From assembly GCA_053919585.1 (NCBI GenBank), contig CM132790.1: a DNA stretch of 64,000 nt; one strand, given 5' to 3'. A program made the position numbers and the translations under genes. Origin of the DNA: Euprymna scolopes. Taxonomy: Eukaryota. Shown here piece by piece: positions 1 through 12,291 of this stretch. The notes beneath the pieces are model-generated. The model had not been told where the DNA came from. It made no database searches and was given only the letters and a program-made list of their open reading frames with translations. Within the stretch, counting starts at the first letter, position 1; each line of letters begins with the position of its first letter.

Positions 1-564
1 ACTATTTGCTTTAATTCTTCTAGATAGTGGTAAAAGTTTTGAAAATTCCCATAACGCACACACACAGACACACAGACACACAGACACACACGTGTGTGTA
101 TGTGTTTGTGTCTGTGTGTATTTATATGTGCATGTATGTATATTTATACTTCGAGGTTTCCCTTATTTTTTAGTACCTGACAAAATACAAAAAACAAAAG
201 CAAAAAACTAAACTATCAACTTTTAGTCGTAAGTTATTGAATATTTATGACTTTAAATCTGTGATTTATTACGAGTCTCATGATCCTTGGCAGAAATCTT
301 CAAATAAAACAATAAATCGAAAGATCACAGAAAATACGTCATTACATCGACGGAAATCGGATTTAAACGAGGCATCATGTATTTGGCAAAGAACTTGCGA
401 CTGGTATTATCAGATAAACTTTAAACCGAAAATCTCCCATGAAATCACGTAAATAATATAAGCTTATTGAAGCCGTTCAAAGATTTTATAAATAGCTATG
501 GTCAGTTGAAAACACCTACGCTATAGACAGAAACACACGCACGAAAACACAGTCACACGCACAC

Positions 565-565
<1 letters not shown>

Positions 566-609
<44 letters not shown>

Positions 610-685
610 AGAATAAGAGAGAAGAAATTTCGAGAGAAAAAGTGGCAGACAGAGATGTTATTATTTATATCCATAGATATGAATT

Positions 686-746
<61 letters not shown>
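566..746. repeat. Two (TA)n microsatellites (566-606, 688-746); similar tracts occur throughout (e.g. 3684-3740, 7757-7812, 8657-8731, 12422-12472, 18592-18670, 20711-20782, 51694-51734, 63379-63454)
   Basis: Perfect dinucleotide runs seen directly; they create the spurious YIYIYI ORFs. Confidence 0.98.
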
Positions 747-747
<1 letters not shown>

Positions 748-748
<1 letters not shown>

Positions 749-3500
749 AGCCGTAGTCAAAATTATGAACCACTTATTAAAAACTTAGATAATAGTTTAG
801 ACCTACACTTTTAAAGGTTAGAATTGTACAGTGAACAGTTAAGAGCAAATGTAAAATATTTAACAGTAAATTGCATTATTTTGTTGATTTGAAGCCTGTT
901 TCCAGAGTTTCATAGTAAATTCATTCTAATATTCAAAATGATCCATTGTCATACTAAAAGTGGTTTCTTATTTTGCAGGCAGTATTTGATTCCTGTCAGG
1001 GCTCTAGTGAAATGTTTAATTGTAAATTCCTATAAAGAAGCAGCTTTTAATGATTAAGAGAGCACACGCAGTTGCTTTTTCTTGTGAAGGGTTTTCTCAG
1101 ATAGAAATCCCAGGAAGATTGAATATTCAAGTAACGGAGGTCAAACAGCGATTAAAGGGTATAAGCAAATAAATATTTCAAAAAAGAAAAGGACAAGGCT
1201 GTAAATGTCTACAACCGCCAGGATGGAGAGATGTTCTGCAGGAAGTTAAGTTATTCAGATCTTGTTGCTGAACTTCGTGAAGACACAACCATAAACATCT
1301 CAGCTCCAACAGTGCGAAAAAGCTTTGGGATTGAAAGGGGATTGAAAAAGAATTCAAAGCAAAGAAGCTATACTTGTCTCAGACCAACAAGAATAAGAGA
1401 CTGGAATTTGCAAAAAAGAAAACAAACAAACAAAAAAAAAAAAACAAACAAACATGGAAATTAGACGCATGAGGGTTGCGCCAAGATTGTTTGGTCTGAC
1501 GAAAGTAATTTTGATGTAAGTTAACAGCTACTACTTTCTAAGCTTTGAAATGAACAACTGGGATTTTTATGTGAGTACAAATCAATAACATCTTTTTTTT
1601 ATTACATTTTTACCCCAAACAAGGCACATTGCCACTTTGTTGTAAGGGGCTACTATCGGGGACATAAGCATCAGAGGTACTGTATAGGGAGTTGGGCAGC
1701 AAGATGTCGGTTCACGTTGCACTTGAACTTCTGCATGTCAGTGCAGTCGGGGAAGTAGGGACCCGGAAGGGAATTCCAACGTCTAGCTGTTCTGGGGGAA
1801 GAAACTACTGCAGTAGAATACTCTCTTGCATCTAGGGATCTCTACTGTGAAGGGGTGGGATTTAGCTGCTTGTCAGGTTTGTCGGGGGTATTTACATCGT
1901 GGGGACACAAGTGCTTGCAGTTCGTCAGAGAATTCACCATTAAAGTACTTGTAGAACAGGCAGAGGGATGCAACATTTCGTCGATGGGACAGAGGCTGAA
2001 GTTTGGCTGACAGTTCAGGACCTATCAGATTGGCGACTCTCTTTTGAACTTTGTCTCGGAGCGAGAGACTAGTGACAGATGCACCAGCCCAAATATGGCA
2101 ACAATACTCCATACATGGACGAATAATGACCTTATAGAGGTATAGGATACTTTCAGGCGTTAGTAGCTTTCTAGCACGGTAGAGAGAGCCCACCTTCTTC
2201 GCAGCAGCCCTAGCAATGTTCTTAATGAAATTGTTCCAACTCATGTTTCCTGTAAACGTTAGACCAAGGAGTTTAAAAGATATACTTTCAGATAAAGAGT
2301 CAGTGGTCATTGCTATTGTCGTAAGGGAAGGGTTCTTGTAATTATTACAGGAAAAACGTTTAGTCTTGGCAGCATTGAAGGTGACCATCCATTTTTGTCC
2401 CCATTCCACTACGGATCGGATGTTATCCTCTAGTGTTTCTGCCATTTCTTGTCGTCATCATACATACCCATCTCACAGACAATTTTGTCAGGGAGGTAAT
2501 TTATGAATATTAAGAATAGCAGAGGTCCAAGGATAGACCCCTGAGGCACTCCCGCATTTATATCATATTATTTAGATGTACGACCATCGAGGACAACCTG
2601 GATTTTTCTCTTATCCAGGAAGGATCTAATTATGTTATGTATTCTTCCAGTGATGTCGTATGATCTGATTTTCTTGAAAAGACCCTCATGCCATACCCTG
2701 TCAAAAGCCTTAGATATATCTAGAGCTACCGCTCTACCCTCCCCCGCTTTGTCCAGTGACTGATATATACGTTCTGAGATTACAGTGAGGATGTCTGCTG
2801 TGGAACGGGCTTGCCTAAATCCATATTGTTGGTCAGTCAGAAGTTTAGCATCTGTAAGGTGATGGGTTACAGCTTGGTTAATTATGGTCTCAAATATTTT
2901 ATTAAAAAATTGTAGCAAATTTTGATTTTTTCATCAGATTTTTGTCGATTTATGTTCACCGTAGGAAAGGAGCTCCATTACATCCTGATTGTGTGAAAAA
3001 GTCATCCAGCCCACAAAATACTACGGAACATGCATACAGGAAGCGGACTTTTTGGAGCGTCATGGCTTTTTAAGGTACTGGAGTGTTGTACACATGTGAG
3101 GGCAGAATGAATACTAAAATGCTTGACCAGGTTTACCATACTTTTGGACTAAAATATTAACTAATTACATCCCAAGTGATGTAATCTTCTAATAAGACAA
3201 TGCACCATGCTACACACCAAGAGTTTCAATGGGTTGATTACAGAAAAATTAGATTACAGCGAAGAAGTGTCCCCCTCAATCCTCAGACGTAAATCCCAAA
3301 CGAAACGTTGTGGTCTCATCTAGGGAAAAGAGTTAGAATGCACAAATGTTCATAAAAAATTAGGATAAGGCTAAACTTCATAAAAAGTGGCAGATTATAG
3401 ATTCTACCATCTGCAAATATTTCACCAATAATATACAAAAAGGAATAAAGGCTGTTATTAAGAAAAATGAAGGCCAACTATTTATTGTTGTTAAAATAGA
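748..3500 (+). mobile_element. Decayed Tc1-family DNA transposon with an intron, interrupted by a CR1 LINE
   Basis: Tc1-like terminus CAGCCGTAGTCAAAATTATGAACCAC after a TA run; remnant motifs VWSDESNF (about 1490-1512), F**DNAPC (about 3187-3210), PPQSSDVNP (about 3271-3297) and IKKN near 3457-3470; many frameshifts and stops; right TIR not recognisable. Confidence 0.8.
1593..2905 (-). mobile_element. 5'-truncated CR1-type LINE (RT and C-terminal part of ORF2)
   Basis: ORFs 2568-2918 (QYGFRQARST, ALDISKAFDRVWH) and 1873-2445 (FNAAKTK, IRPCMEYCCHIW, PLSHRRNVASL); GVPQGSILGP at about 2525-2555; A-tail seen as a T run at 1593-1600. Confidence 0.93.
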
Positions 3501-3680
3501 TTTATTAATGGTTACTTCACTATTCTTAACCTTGAAATATATAAGTTTGATATGTCTGTGTGAGTGAGCGTGAGAGCTGATTTGTGCATGTGTGTAAATC
3601 TGTACCCCTGACATTCTTGCGTTATTCCCGATCATGGTGGGTCTGCAATGTGTAAATTTCTCTCTCCCTCTCTCTTTACT

Positions 3681-3740
<60 letters not shown>

Positions 3741-3744
<4 letters not shown>

Positions 3745-4193
3745 CACAAGGAACAGTTACGAAGGAACGCCGGTTTGGGTTTTCTTTTTTTCGTAGTTGC
3801 TTAAAAAAAACTGGAATGGAATTTTACCGTACCTTTCCGTTCTATGCTTTCTACTGGGTGAAATGCACCATGGAATTAACCGAATCGAAGGGTAATTTAT
3901 GCCATTTTTTTCGGTTTATTTCGTTTTGTAGTTGCTTAAAAAACTGGAATGGAATTTTAACGTTCCTTTTTGTTCTATGCTTTCTACTGGATGAAACGCA
4001 CCATGGCCTTAACCGAATCGAAGGGTTATTTATGCCATTATTTTCGCTTTTTGCTGTGTTTTTTTTGTTTTTGTTTTTCCGAACACGTTCATCAACAGGG
4101 TTATTACTTCGCTTATTTTTTCTTTACCCCCCCCTCTTACACACACACACACACATCTCCAAACACCCGGGCAATGCCGGGTACCCCCGCTAG
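3741..4193 (+). mobile_element. Non-autonomous Helitron (3' part) with an internal ~120-bp duplication
   Basis: Subterminal hairpin CCCGGGCAATGCCGGG (4166-4181) followed by CTAG (4190-4193) and T; diverged direct repeats at 3791-3912 and 3928-4047. Confidence 0.75.
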
Positions 4194-6110
4194 TAATAAA
4201 TATATTAAAGCAGCTGAAGATCTCGATAGGATTAAGCACTAAAAATTTGCGAGAAAATGGATATTCAGGATAAATTAGAAGTTTATACTCCACTTAACCC
4301 TCGGTTTTTATTTAACGATCACAAACCGGATTTGAATAATACACCCAGTATTAGACTAATTGCACCGTGTGCATCCAACATATGTAATATCAGCAAAAAG
4401 ATAATAGACAGAATTTTACCAACCTTAAAATCCAAAATAAAAAAATAACCTCTGGATTTCTTCGGGTGAAGTAATTAAGTGGTTTGAAGTGTTCCCGAAA
4501 AATCAAAATAGTAAATTTATTATGTTTGACATAGATGCGTATTACCCTTCAATTCCCCCTATACTATTTGAGAAAGCACTTAAACTAGCTGAAGAGGAAA
4601 CGGACGTGACTAAGTTAAAAATTGAAATAATAAAAATAGCCAGAAAAACCTTAATCAGATATAACGGGGAGCTGTGGACAGGAAAAGGTAGAGAGGGCCA
4701 TTTTGACATTACGGTGGGAGGCGGATTCAGCGCAGGTTACCTACTTGGTAGGTTTGTACTTACTAAGGGAGGCAAACAGAAAAATACCTGGTTTAAATGG
4801 GGGGGGGGTATATAGGGATGACACACTATAGTTAATTCCAGCGATTGTATTACGGATGTATTGATGAAAAATATCAGAAGTTTTTTTTTAAAGAAATGGG
4901 ATTAAAATAATAATGGACTGCAATTACAAAAAAGTGAACTTTTTAGTCATTACTATTAATCTAATGTGAAAACACATATGACCCTATCACAAACCTAACC
5001 AAAAATTTTCTACGTTAATTATCAATCGAATCATTCTAAGTGTATGAAGAAGGCTCTTATAATAACATTTCTAAAAGAGTATCTGATCTTTCTAAGAATG
5101 AGACTCGTTCTGATAAGAACAAAGAATGTTACAATGAAACTCTTCTTAGATCGGGATAACATGGTAAAATAGAATATAAGAGGAGTGCAAACAGTAAGAG
5201 TAACAAACCTTACTGCACAATATCGTACAACATGGCAATGAGACTGAGAAAGAAACAGAAGATTAATAAAGGTTACATTAATAAGGATAAAAGGAATGAA
5301 AATACTGAGAGTAATATTAGCAGTGAAACAGGTAATCCTAAGGGGTTTATATGAATAAGAGAAACAGACGCAAGAAACAGGTTTTGTTTAATCCGCCGTT
5401 TAGCATGCATATCCAAAATGATATACCTAGGGAATTTTACAGAAGAATAGATAAAAATTTCCCACCTGTGAATAGATTAAGCAAAATAATTGACAGAAAC
5501 TCGGTAAAACTACCTTTCTCTACGTCAGCCAACTTAACTAACACTATAATGAGCTCTAATAACAGGAAAATAAGCAAAATAATGAATAATAACGAGTCGG
5601 CATCGGATGAACGTGTCTTAGAGAGAAATTGTAACTGCAGAATACCTGGCAACTGTCCGTTGGATGGCAAATGCTTAACCTCAGAAATAGTGTACAAATG
5701 TGAGATTAAGACCGATAATATTAAGAAGTGCGCGTTTAAGGAAAGATACAGACACCATGTTATATCCTTCAAAAATGAACCGGAGATGGAAACTAATAGA
5801 GAATGTGTTAATGACAGAAGATAGGATGGTACAAGAATTATAATTAGAAATAAAAAGAGGAATACAACTGCATTAGATGATTGAGTCAGGGAACTTCATA
5901 GAAACAAAAAAGATTTTGAATGTAAATGGTCAATAGTAGATAGGGGGTGTAAGTATAGACCTCAGAAATCAAAACGGTGCAATCTGTGTTTATTGGAAGC
6001 CTTCTACATAATCAATTCTAAAGAAGAAATATCAAATAAAAGGTTGGATGCTATACAGGGATCTCTTCACAGGAATAGGTTTTTGCTATCACGTCTTAAA
6101 TGTAGCTGAG
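4194..6110 (+). mobile_element. Decayed Penelope-like retroelement (RT + GIY-YIG), Naiad-like
   Basis: DHKP..N.P.IRLI, FDIDAYYPSI and YRDD (about 4811-4822) RT motifs; FNPPFS, CNCRIPGNCPLDGKCL..IVYKC, FKERY..H..SF, KWSIVD and CNLCLLE motifs; multiple frameshifts. Confidence 0.88.
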
Positions 6111-6199
6111 GTAAAAACAACATTATGGGAAAAATAAAGGGTCTTAGGTGCAGAGCAAAAGTTTATATAGCGTTAAATAGCTAAGAATAATGAAAGTTA

Positions 6200-7753
6200 A
6201 TTGTGATGAATGATTCAAATCTAGCAAGCAAATATGGATCCCAATATTCTACATTATAAACATATTTTATAAATAAATACCATGGATTACTAGATAAGAA
6301 ATTTAGATTTATAATGAGGATAAACAAGGATTAGCAATACTGTATCAAAACTGGCGAAATGGTTGATACCGTTTCCAGATAAATAAAATAGTTTAACAAA
6401 TAGTTAGCAAAACAAAAATTAGTAATTAAGGAATAGGGATTAATTGATACTGTTTTTGGACCATTAAAACTTGGGAACGTATAGCTTTTAGATATTAATC
6501 TATTTATAACCGTTTTAATCCAAAAACCCAAGGTAAACCTCCACTTTCATTTTTAGTAAAACCTACATGGAACTAAAGATTAATGGAACGTGTATTACTC
6601 TCAGATTCGTATTTTAGAACTTAATTCCTGCAGCGTTATTTTGTATAACCTCAGCAAATTTTGGTTTGTTGGCAAACGTAGGTTAATCTATGGTAATAAA
6701 ATCAGTATCATGGTTAAGATATGCTTTCCAAAGTTATATTTGGAATAAATTAGCCTAGTTCTAATTGGATTCGTTGAATTAATAAATAAATCATAAATGA
6801 ATATCAGGAATTTACCAAACTAGATAAACCGAACGGCTCTGGTTATTTCCCCTTTATCGATAGGAATACTTAGAATTTTGGTATCTTAAAACTTCAATTA
6901 ATTTTTAGAAATTCCGGACTTACAAAATTATAACCATTCTACTTCTAAATAATCTGATAATCGTAAATCTTAACAGGAGAGGACGAATGAAAATGGAAAA
7001 ATGTAAAGTTAAAAAAGATAAAAATAATAAATAGATTGAGATCTTTAATTTTAAATGAAGAATGAAAATGAACGAAATATAAAGTAATGTTTATACTTTA
7101 TTTCCTTATTGAATAAGTTTTATACTTACACCTGTCCTGAATCGCACAAATAAGCTAGCAAAATACACAGAGCAATTTCCCGATAGGACACTTACGTTGT
7201 TTCGTAACGATTTAACTTAGTTGATCAGTCCGGTTTAAAAAAATAATAAAATAAAAAATTAAAAAAAAGGGGGAAAAAAGAAAAATTAAAAAATAAATAT
7301 TTAAAAAAAAGATTTATTAAATAAAGAAATATAGAAATCTAATAATAATCGATAAATGATATTAATGAAATATATTTAATGACCATAGGTAATTAATGGT
7401 AACATCGTTCTATATTTAGTTTGAAATTCGTTGTGTTTTTTTTTTTGAATAGAGATACGAAAATAGGTAGATATATCAATCTTTAAAAAAGAAACTTTAC
7501 AAAAATGCGACAGAGGTAAAGTGTTCCCGCTTGTTTTCTTTTCCTTATAAAGGGAATGCTTCTTCTCCTTAATGTTTTATTGTTAAAGTGTTTTTTATTT
7601 AATAAGTCTGAAGAAAGGCTGTTCTTGTGAAAATTTTCAAACGACATATTGTTTGAATTTGTCGAAATGGTTTTGAAACAATTGTAACTAACAATGAAAT
7701 ACACTTTTTGTTGCTATTAACCCATTTTTTGAAGTCTTTGGTTTTGTTAAAAC
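6200..7753 (+). repeat. Unclassified dispersed repeat, copy 1; decayed coding-like sequence apparently in a TAR=Gln code
   Basis: Colinear with 19072-20568 from about 6335; synonymous-biased differences in + frames with shared in-frame TAA/TAG. Confidence 0.8.
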
Positions 7754-7754
7754 A

Positions 7755-7812
<58 letters not shown>

Positions 7813-7814
<2 letters not shown>

Positions 7815-8001
7815 ATAGCCTTGAGCTCCTAACAGTCCTTTTTATGAGGTGAGGGTGTTGGCCCCATGCCCAACTTTCCCAGAAGGTACATAGTGCGCCT
7901 AACCTTCTCAAATGGCAAATCATCTGATACTGGCCAGGCTCAACGTTCCTTAACTTCGGTGATCTGGCGAGAACCGGTGTGTCAACCTGATTGTGCCGTG
8001 T
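7813..8001 (-). mobile_element. 5S rRNA-derived SINE (SINE3-like) with an RTE-related body
   Basis: Minus strand ACGGCACAATCAGGTTGACACACCGGTTCTCGCCAGATCACCGAAGTTAAGGAACGTTGAGCCTGGCCAGTA matches the 5' two-thirds of animal 5S rRNA including box A; followed by GTTGGGCATGGGGCCAACACCCTCACCTCATAAAAA; flanked by (TA)n on both sides. Confidence 0.85.
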
Positions 8002-8653
8002 ATATATATATATGTATATATGTATATATATATATATACGCATATTTTGGCAGCAAATCATTATTTAACCACGTCTGATTGAACACAGCAGAGTTATTCT
8101 TTGTTCCGATTTTTTTTGGATATCTTGTCAATTCGCCATGCGTTCTTTTTTTTATTTCAGCTGGCATTAGGGTGTGTTTTTCGTTTTTTAGTTCTTTTTA
8201 AAATATTTTTCGGTTTGATGCTATATTGTATAAGCGGTGAATCCAAAATTTTATAAAGGCAGTTTTATATGATCTAGGCATTCGCTATGGTAATTTAAGA
8301 GTATTGCATTATTGTTGGAAGTCTTTTTTGTACATAAAGGTTATGCATTTAGTGGGGTTGCTGGAATCTACTAATACATCGAACAATAGTATTTTGTTAT
8401 TTATGTTTAGTTCGTGTGTGAGAAAAACTATAAATAGATAAAGCCTCAAAACAAGAAAAAGAAAACAACAACAACAATCGACCCTGACGACGATCAGATG
8501 TACTGATAGAATGCGCTTGCTGGAATATGGCTGAACTATAACTTTTGGGCGCCATAACATACAACATGCCAGCTTAAATAGAAAAGACCTAATTGAAAAG
8601 ATATTAAAAAAATCAGAAAAAAAAGAATAATTCTGTCGTGTTCGATCAGACGT

Positions 8654-8733
<80 letters not shown>

Positions 8734-8791
8734 TGGTGGTGATGGTGATTGAATAAATGACCAGAAAGACATGGGAACAATTAAATAAAGA

Positions 8792-8990
8792 TGTATTAAC
8801 AAAATACATAAAACTCGGAATTGGACAATATATTTTCCTATGGTAGGACTAGTGTTAACGACCATCTGCTTCGCGTATCTGTCACCGTCTCTCGTAAACC
8901 GCTTCTCGTACTAAAAAAAAAAACATCATAGACGGAAGTGACGTCATGAAATATTTCATTATTTCTCGTAACATAGGTGCATCCACAACA
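8792..8990 (-). repeat. Putative 3' LTR of the Gypsy relic
   Basis: On the minus strand a purine tract GGTAGAAGAG directly precedes TGTTGTGG..., and the segment ends ...TTAATACA (TG...CA). No second LTR found. Confidence 0.6.
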
Positions 8991-10210
8991 CTCTTCTACC
9001 AAATTTTTTGTTCGTACCAGCTGTTAATGCTTCTTACGTTTAGGATCGATGAATTTTCTTTTCCGAAATGACTGTCTTAGTTCAGGTGCTATTTGGGGAG
9101 GTTCGAGATTAAATGTATAAAAAATAATGCCAATCGGTTCTTCCTCGAACGGTAGTGTATCGCTGGTGTCATCTGCGCGACATCTTAATCGATATTTTGA
9201 TACCGTCGAGCAATATGGGAAGTACATAACCTCAAACATAGTACGAACTTGCGTCACTCGCTACTTTTATTTCCAGGTTTAGTGTGTGAGAAACAGATCC
9301 GTTGAGAAAATCCACGCACACACGAATCTGATTTGTCTTTTTGGTCACATATACGGTAGGAGCTGTTCAATCACTGGTGCTTACTTTTGATAGTATTCCA
9401 CCCTTTTATAGCCAATCCAGTTCCTTTACGATTTCCTCAGTTGCCGCAAACGGGATGTTTCGTTTCTTCTTGAAAACGTGTAGAGCATTTTCCTTCAGTT
9501 CGAATCTGGCTATAGCCTTGGTACATCTACCAAGGCCCGATGAGAAAACTTCTGGAAATTTTTCGTTTAACTTGTCCTTCAATCGTTGTGGCCATGTAGA
9601 CGAGTTTCTACTTTATGGAAAAATTTGTTCATAGGTTAGCCCCACTATTCAAATCGCTCTATTCAATCCGTTCCGAAGAGGTTTTCGGATGTCTCATGCC
9701 CATAAACTTCCACAATATTGGTAGTGCAATTTTAACGTCACAGGGAGTGTCAGTTCGCTCTCAAATTTTACTTTATCGCCTGTGACTGTTCGATCTGACT
9801 TGTTCATCTTACGCATGGTTTGTTTCTTCAACCTATTTTTATGTCTCTAGGTTTATCATGGACATATTTGAACCAGAGTTTAACTGTAAATCCAGTAGTT
9901 TATTGAGGGTGTTGACAGTGACGCATTTCCGCCGGTTCTTCTTGACTTTGCTGTCGGATTTTGTTTGTCGAACTCTGTGTTTTTGTGCCTTTTGCCAAAC
10001 TCATTGCATCTTTTGTTTTTTGTAAAACATCCATCGACCAATGTTTTCCACCGCAACGTTTCACGGCTTTTTAGACGAATACGGTTTTGAGATTGCGTGG
10101 GAAAACTTTGGTTGTACCTGGGTTTTCTTCTTGTTTGTTTGTTTTTGTTCCCGTGAGAGTAATCGTTTGGCCTAAAATTAGTCCTTCGAGCAGTTCAGCT
10201 TTGGCCCTTT
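8792..10210 (-). mobile_element. Internally deleted Ty3/Gypsy LTR retrotransposon relic (K02A2.6-like)
   Basis: Minus strand gives a decayed protease site (LQLNSGSNMSMIN) and the RT start KFPEVFSSGLGRCTKAIARFELKEN..FKKKRNIPFA...APTVYV..TNQIRVCVDFST, joined to an integrase-tail-like ORF (9024-9257, ...RQSFRKRKFIDPKRKKH). Confidence 0.85.
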
Positions 10211-10581
10211 TTTTCTGGATTCTAAATATCGAATATGAAAAGTAAATCTTTTAATGACATTTCTGAACACTCCATATACATCCTGTACGTGGATGGTATC
10301 TATTTATAAGCAGAAAACTACGTAACTTACTGGAATTAATCCACAAATGCATTTGGAAAAATTCTGAAGTAAATTTCACGTGGTGAATAAGTATCAATAA
10401 GGAGATTATCTTAGTGGACATGTAAAGCAAAATCAATATTGATGTGTGTCACTTTCTTAAAAGATCTTCAAAGAAAAGCATATGTTCGTACAGATATAAG
10501 AATTGAACAAGCCATAATTAATAATACTTCCTAAACTGGATCGTTGGTTATTAAACTAATAGCCACCATAGCATAAACAAT

Positions 10582-10650
10582 ACTACTACTATTACTACTA
10601 TTACCACTACTACTTCTACTACTACTACTACTAATAATAATAATAATAAA
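10582..10650. repeat. (ACT)n/(AAT)n trinucleotide microsatellite; a similar one lies at about 63050-63112
   Basis: Direct reading. Confidence 0.9.
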
Positions 10651-11798
10651 TACAACGAATAATGTAATCTTTCATTTTCTTTGAGTGTATCTTATTGAAC
10701 TCGGGAATTCTTTCTGTCGAACTCGGGAATCTTTCTGTCGAAATCGGAAACTTGCACAGAACTTTTAATGAAACCCTTTATTTTATCCATACGTTTATTT
10801 TTACTCTCTTTATTTAATATCTTATATTCGTATGTGATATTAATGCGAATTTCGTAGGCCATTTACAGATTCTGTGTCGAATAACATCCAAGATAAAAAG
10901 TTAAAAAAAAGCAAATGATCTCTTAATAATTAATATGTAGAATTATTATTAAAAAACAGTTAAACTCTAATTGCTGATGCCGCACTTCCAATCACTGTTA
11001 ACGAGAATGGTTGTTACGAATTCACAAATGCTTTGTATTTATTGAATGAATATATGTGGCGGTTTTTGCAACGTAGCTTTTACATCATGACCAGCTAGTT
11101 TCATCTCCTTAACGCCAGTACCGCGATCATCAGACGATAACTAACGAAGAGCTGCAATACATGTTTGCTACATGAATATATCAGCAATATCAGGGGTCTA
11201 TTTTTTTTTAATTTATTTTTCCTCATATATCATCGTCGTTGTTAAGATTAGCAGAAATATCGATCTTGGTTTTCTGCTACTGTAAATGATCAAAAATAAT
11301 TAGGATCATTATAAACACGCTTGCTGCCTTGATCGCGTGTAATACCCGTTTTCCATCTAATGAGTTCGTGGGTTGTATCTTATTTCATTATTTTAGTGGC
11401 ATACTGAATGACATTGTCACAGACTATACTAAATTGAATATTGAATGTGTCATATATCACAATCTTCATTCGGTGGGTTGCGAAATAAACAGGATTTGTT
11501 TCATAGTGTCTGTTCCGATTCCGCACTTTATTTTTGTCCTAGGTCAGAGAGTAAAAAATCCTTATAGACTGAGATATTAAATTTAACTTCTGACCAATTG
11601 GAAAATGCGTCTTTTGGGGAACTTTAATTTTCATAGTAAAAACCGCCTTCGTGTTGCGATTGGAAAACTTATGCATGCAAGTAAATGTAAACACATCGGG
11701 GGAAAGTATGTATGTATGCAAGTAAGGCGTATCTGAGCCTAATAATTCTTTTTATCTTACACGCTTTGTTACTGAAACCTCTCTTTTTTTCTCTGTAC

Positions 11799-11829
<31 letters not shown>

Positions 11830-12137
11830 ATTATTCCAATTTAATATTGTTCAAAGGTGAAAACATCTGAAGAGATGTAACGTTGTTTACTGAAGCGTGC
11901 TCCATATCAAAGTATATCAAAATATATCATTAGTATATGTTTGAGTTAACTAGTTATGAATAACTAGAGAAATCATCAGGCGATGCTGCTTTTCCCAATA
12001 AAAATCCTCAACATCTGATTGAGGATTTTTCTCTGTAAACAGACTATCGCTTAAGCATGTCTTTAATGATTTATACCTAGTTTACTGAAATATATTAATG
12101 ACTCGATAGTAATCCCAAAATGTTTATGTAAAAGAAA

Positions 12138-12172
<35 letters not shown>

Positions 12173-12245
12173 GCATATACATGTACAAACATAAAAGACA
12201 AATATACACACACATGCACACACAAGTATATATATGTATATGTAT

Positions 12246-12291
<46 letters not shown>

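Noticed and set aside
516-773. ORFs with YIYIYI, ERERER or THTHTH runs (also 3648, 8309, 12095, 16397, 63260 and others)
   Set aside because: Translations of dinucleotide microsatellites, not genes.
3187-3200. TAA TAA at the QQ of the Tc1 FQQDNA motif as a sign that the host uses TAR=Gln
   Set aside because: Other Gln positions in this and the other TEs use CAA/CAG, and the near-intact Tc1 ends in TAG; C->T decay is sufficient.
6690-6960. Standard-code minus-strand gene explaining the unclassified repeat
   Set aside because: Both candidate minus frames contain stops shared by the two copies, and the YFPFI-type changes are non-synonymous in the exact antisense frame.
7921-8001. Functional 5S rRNA gene
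   Set aside because: Diverged, lacks the 3' third and is fused to unrelated sequence.
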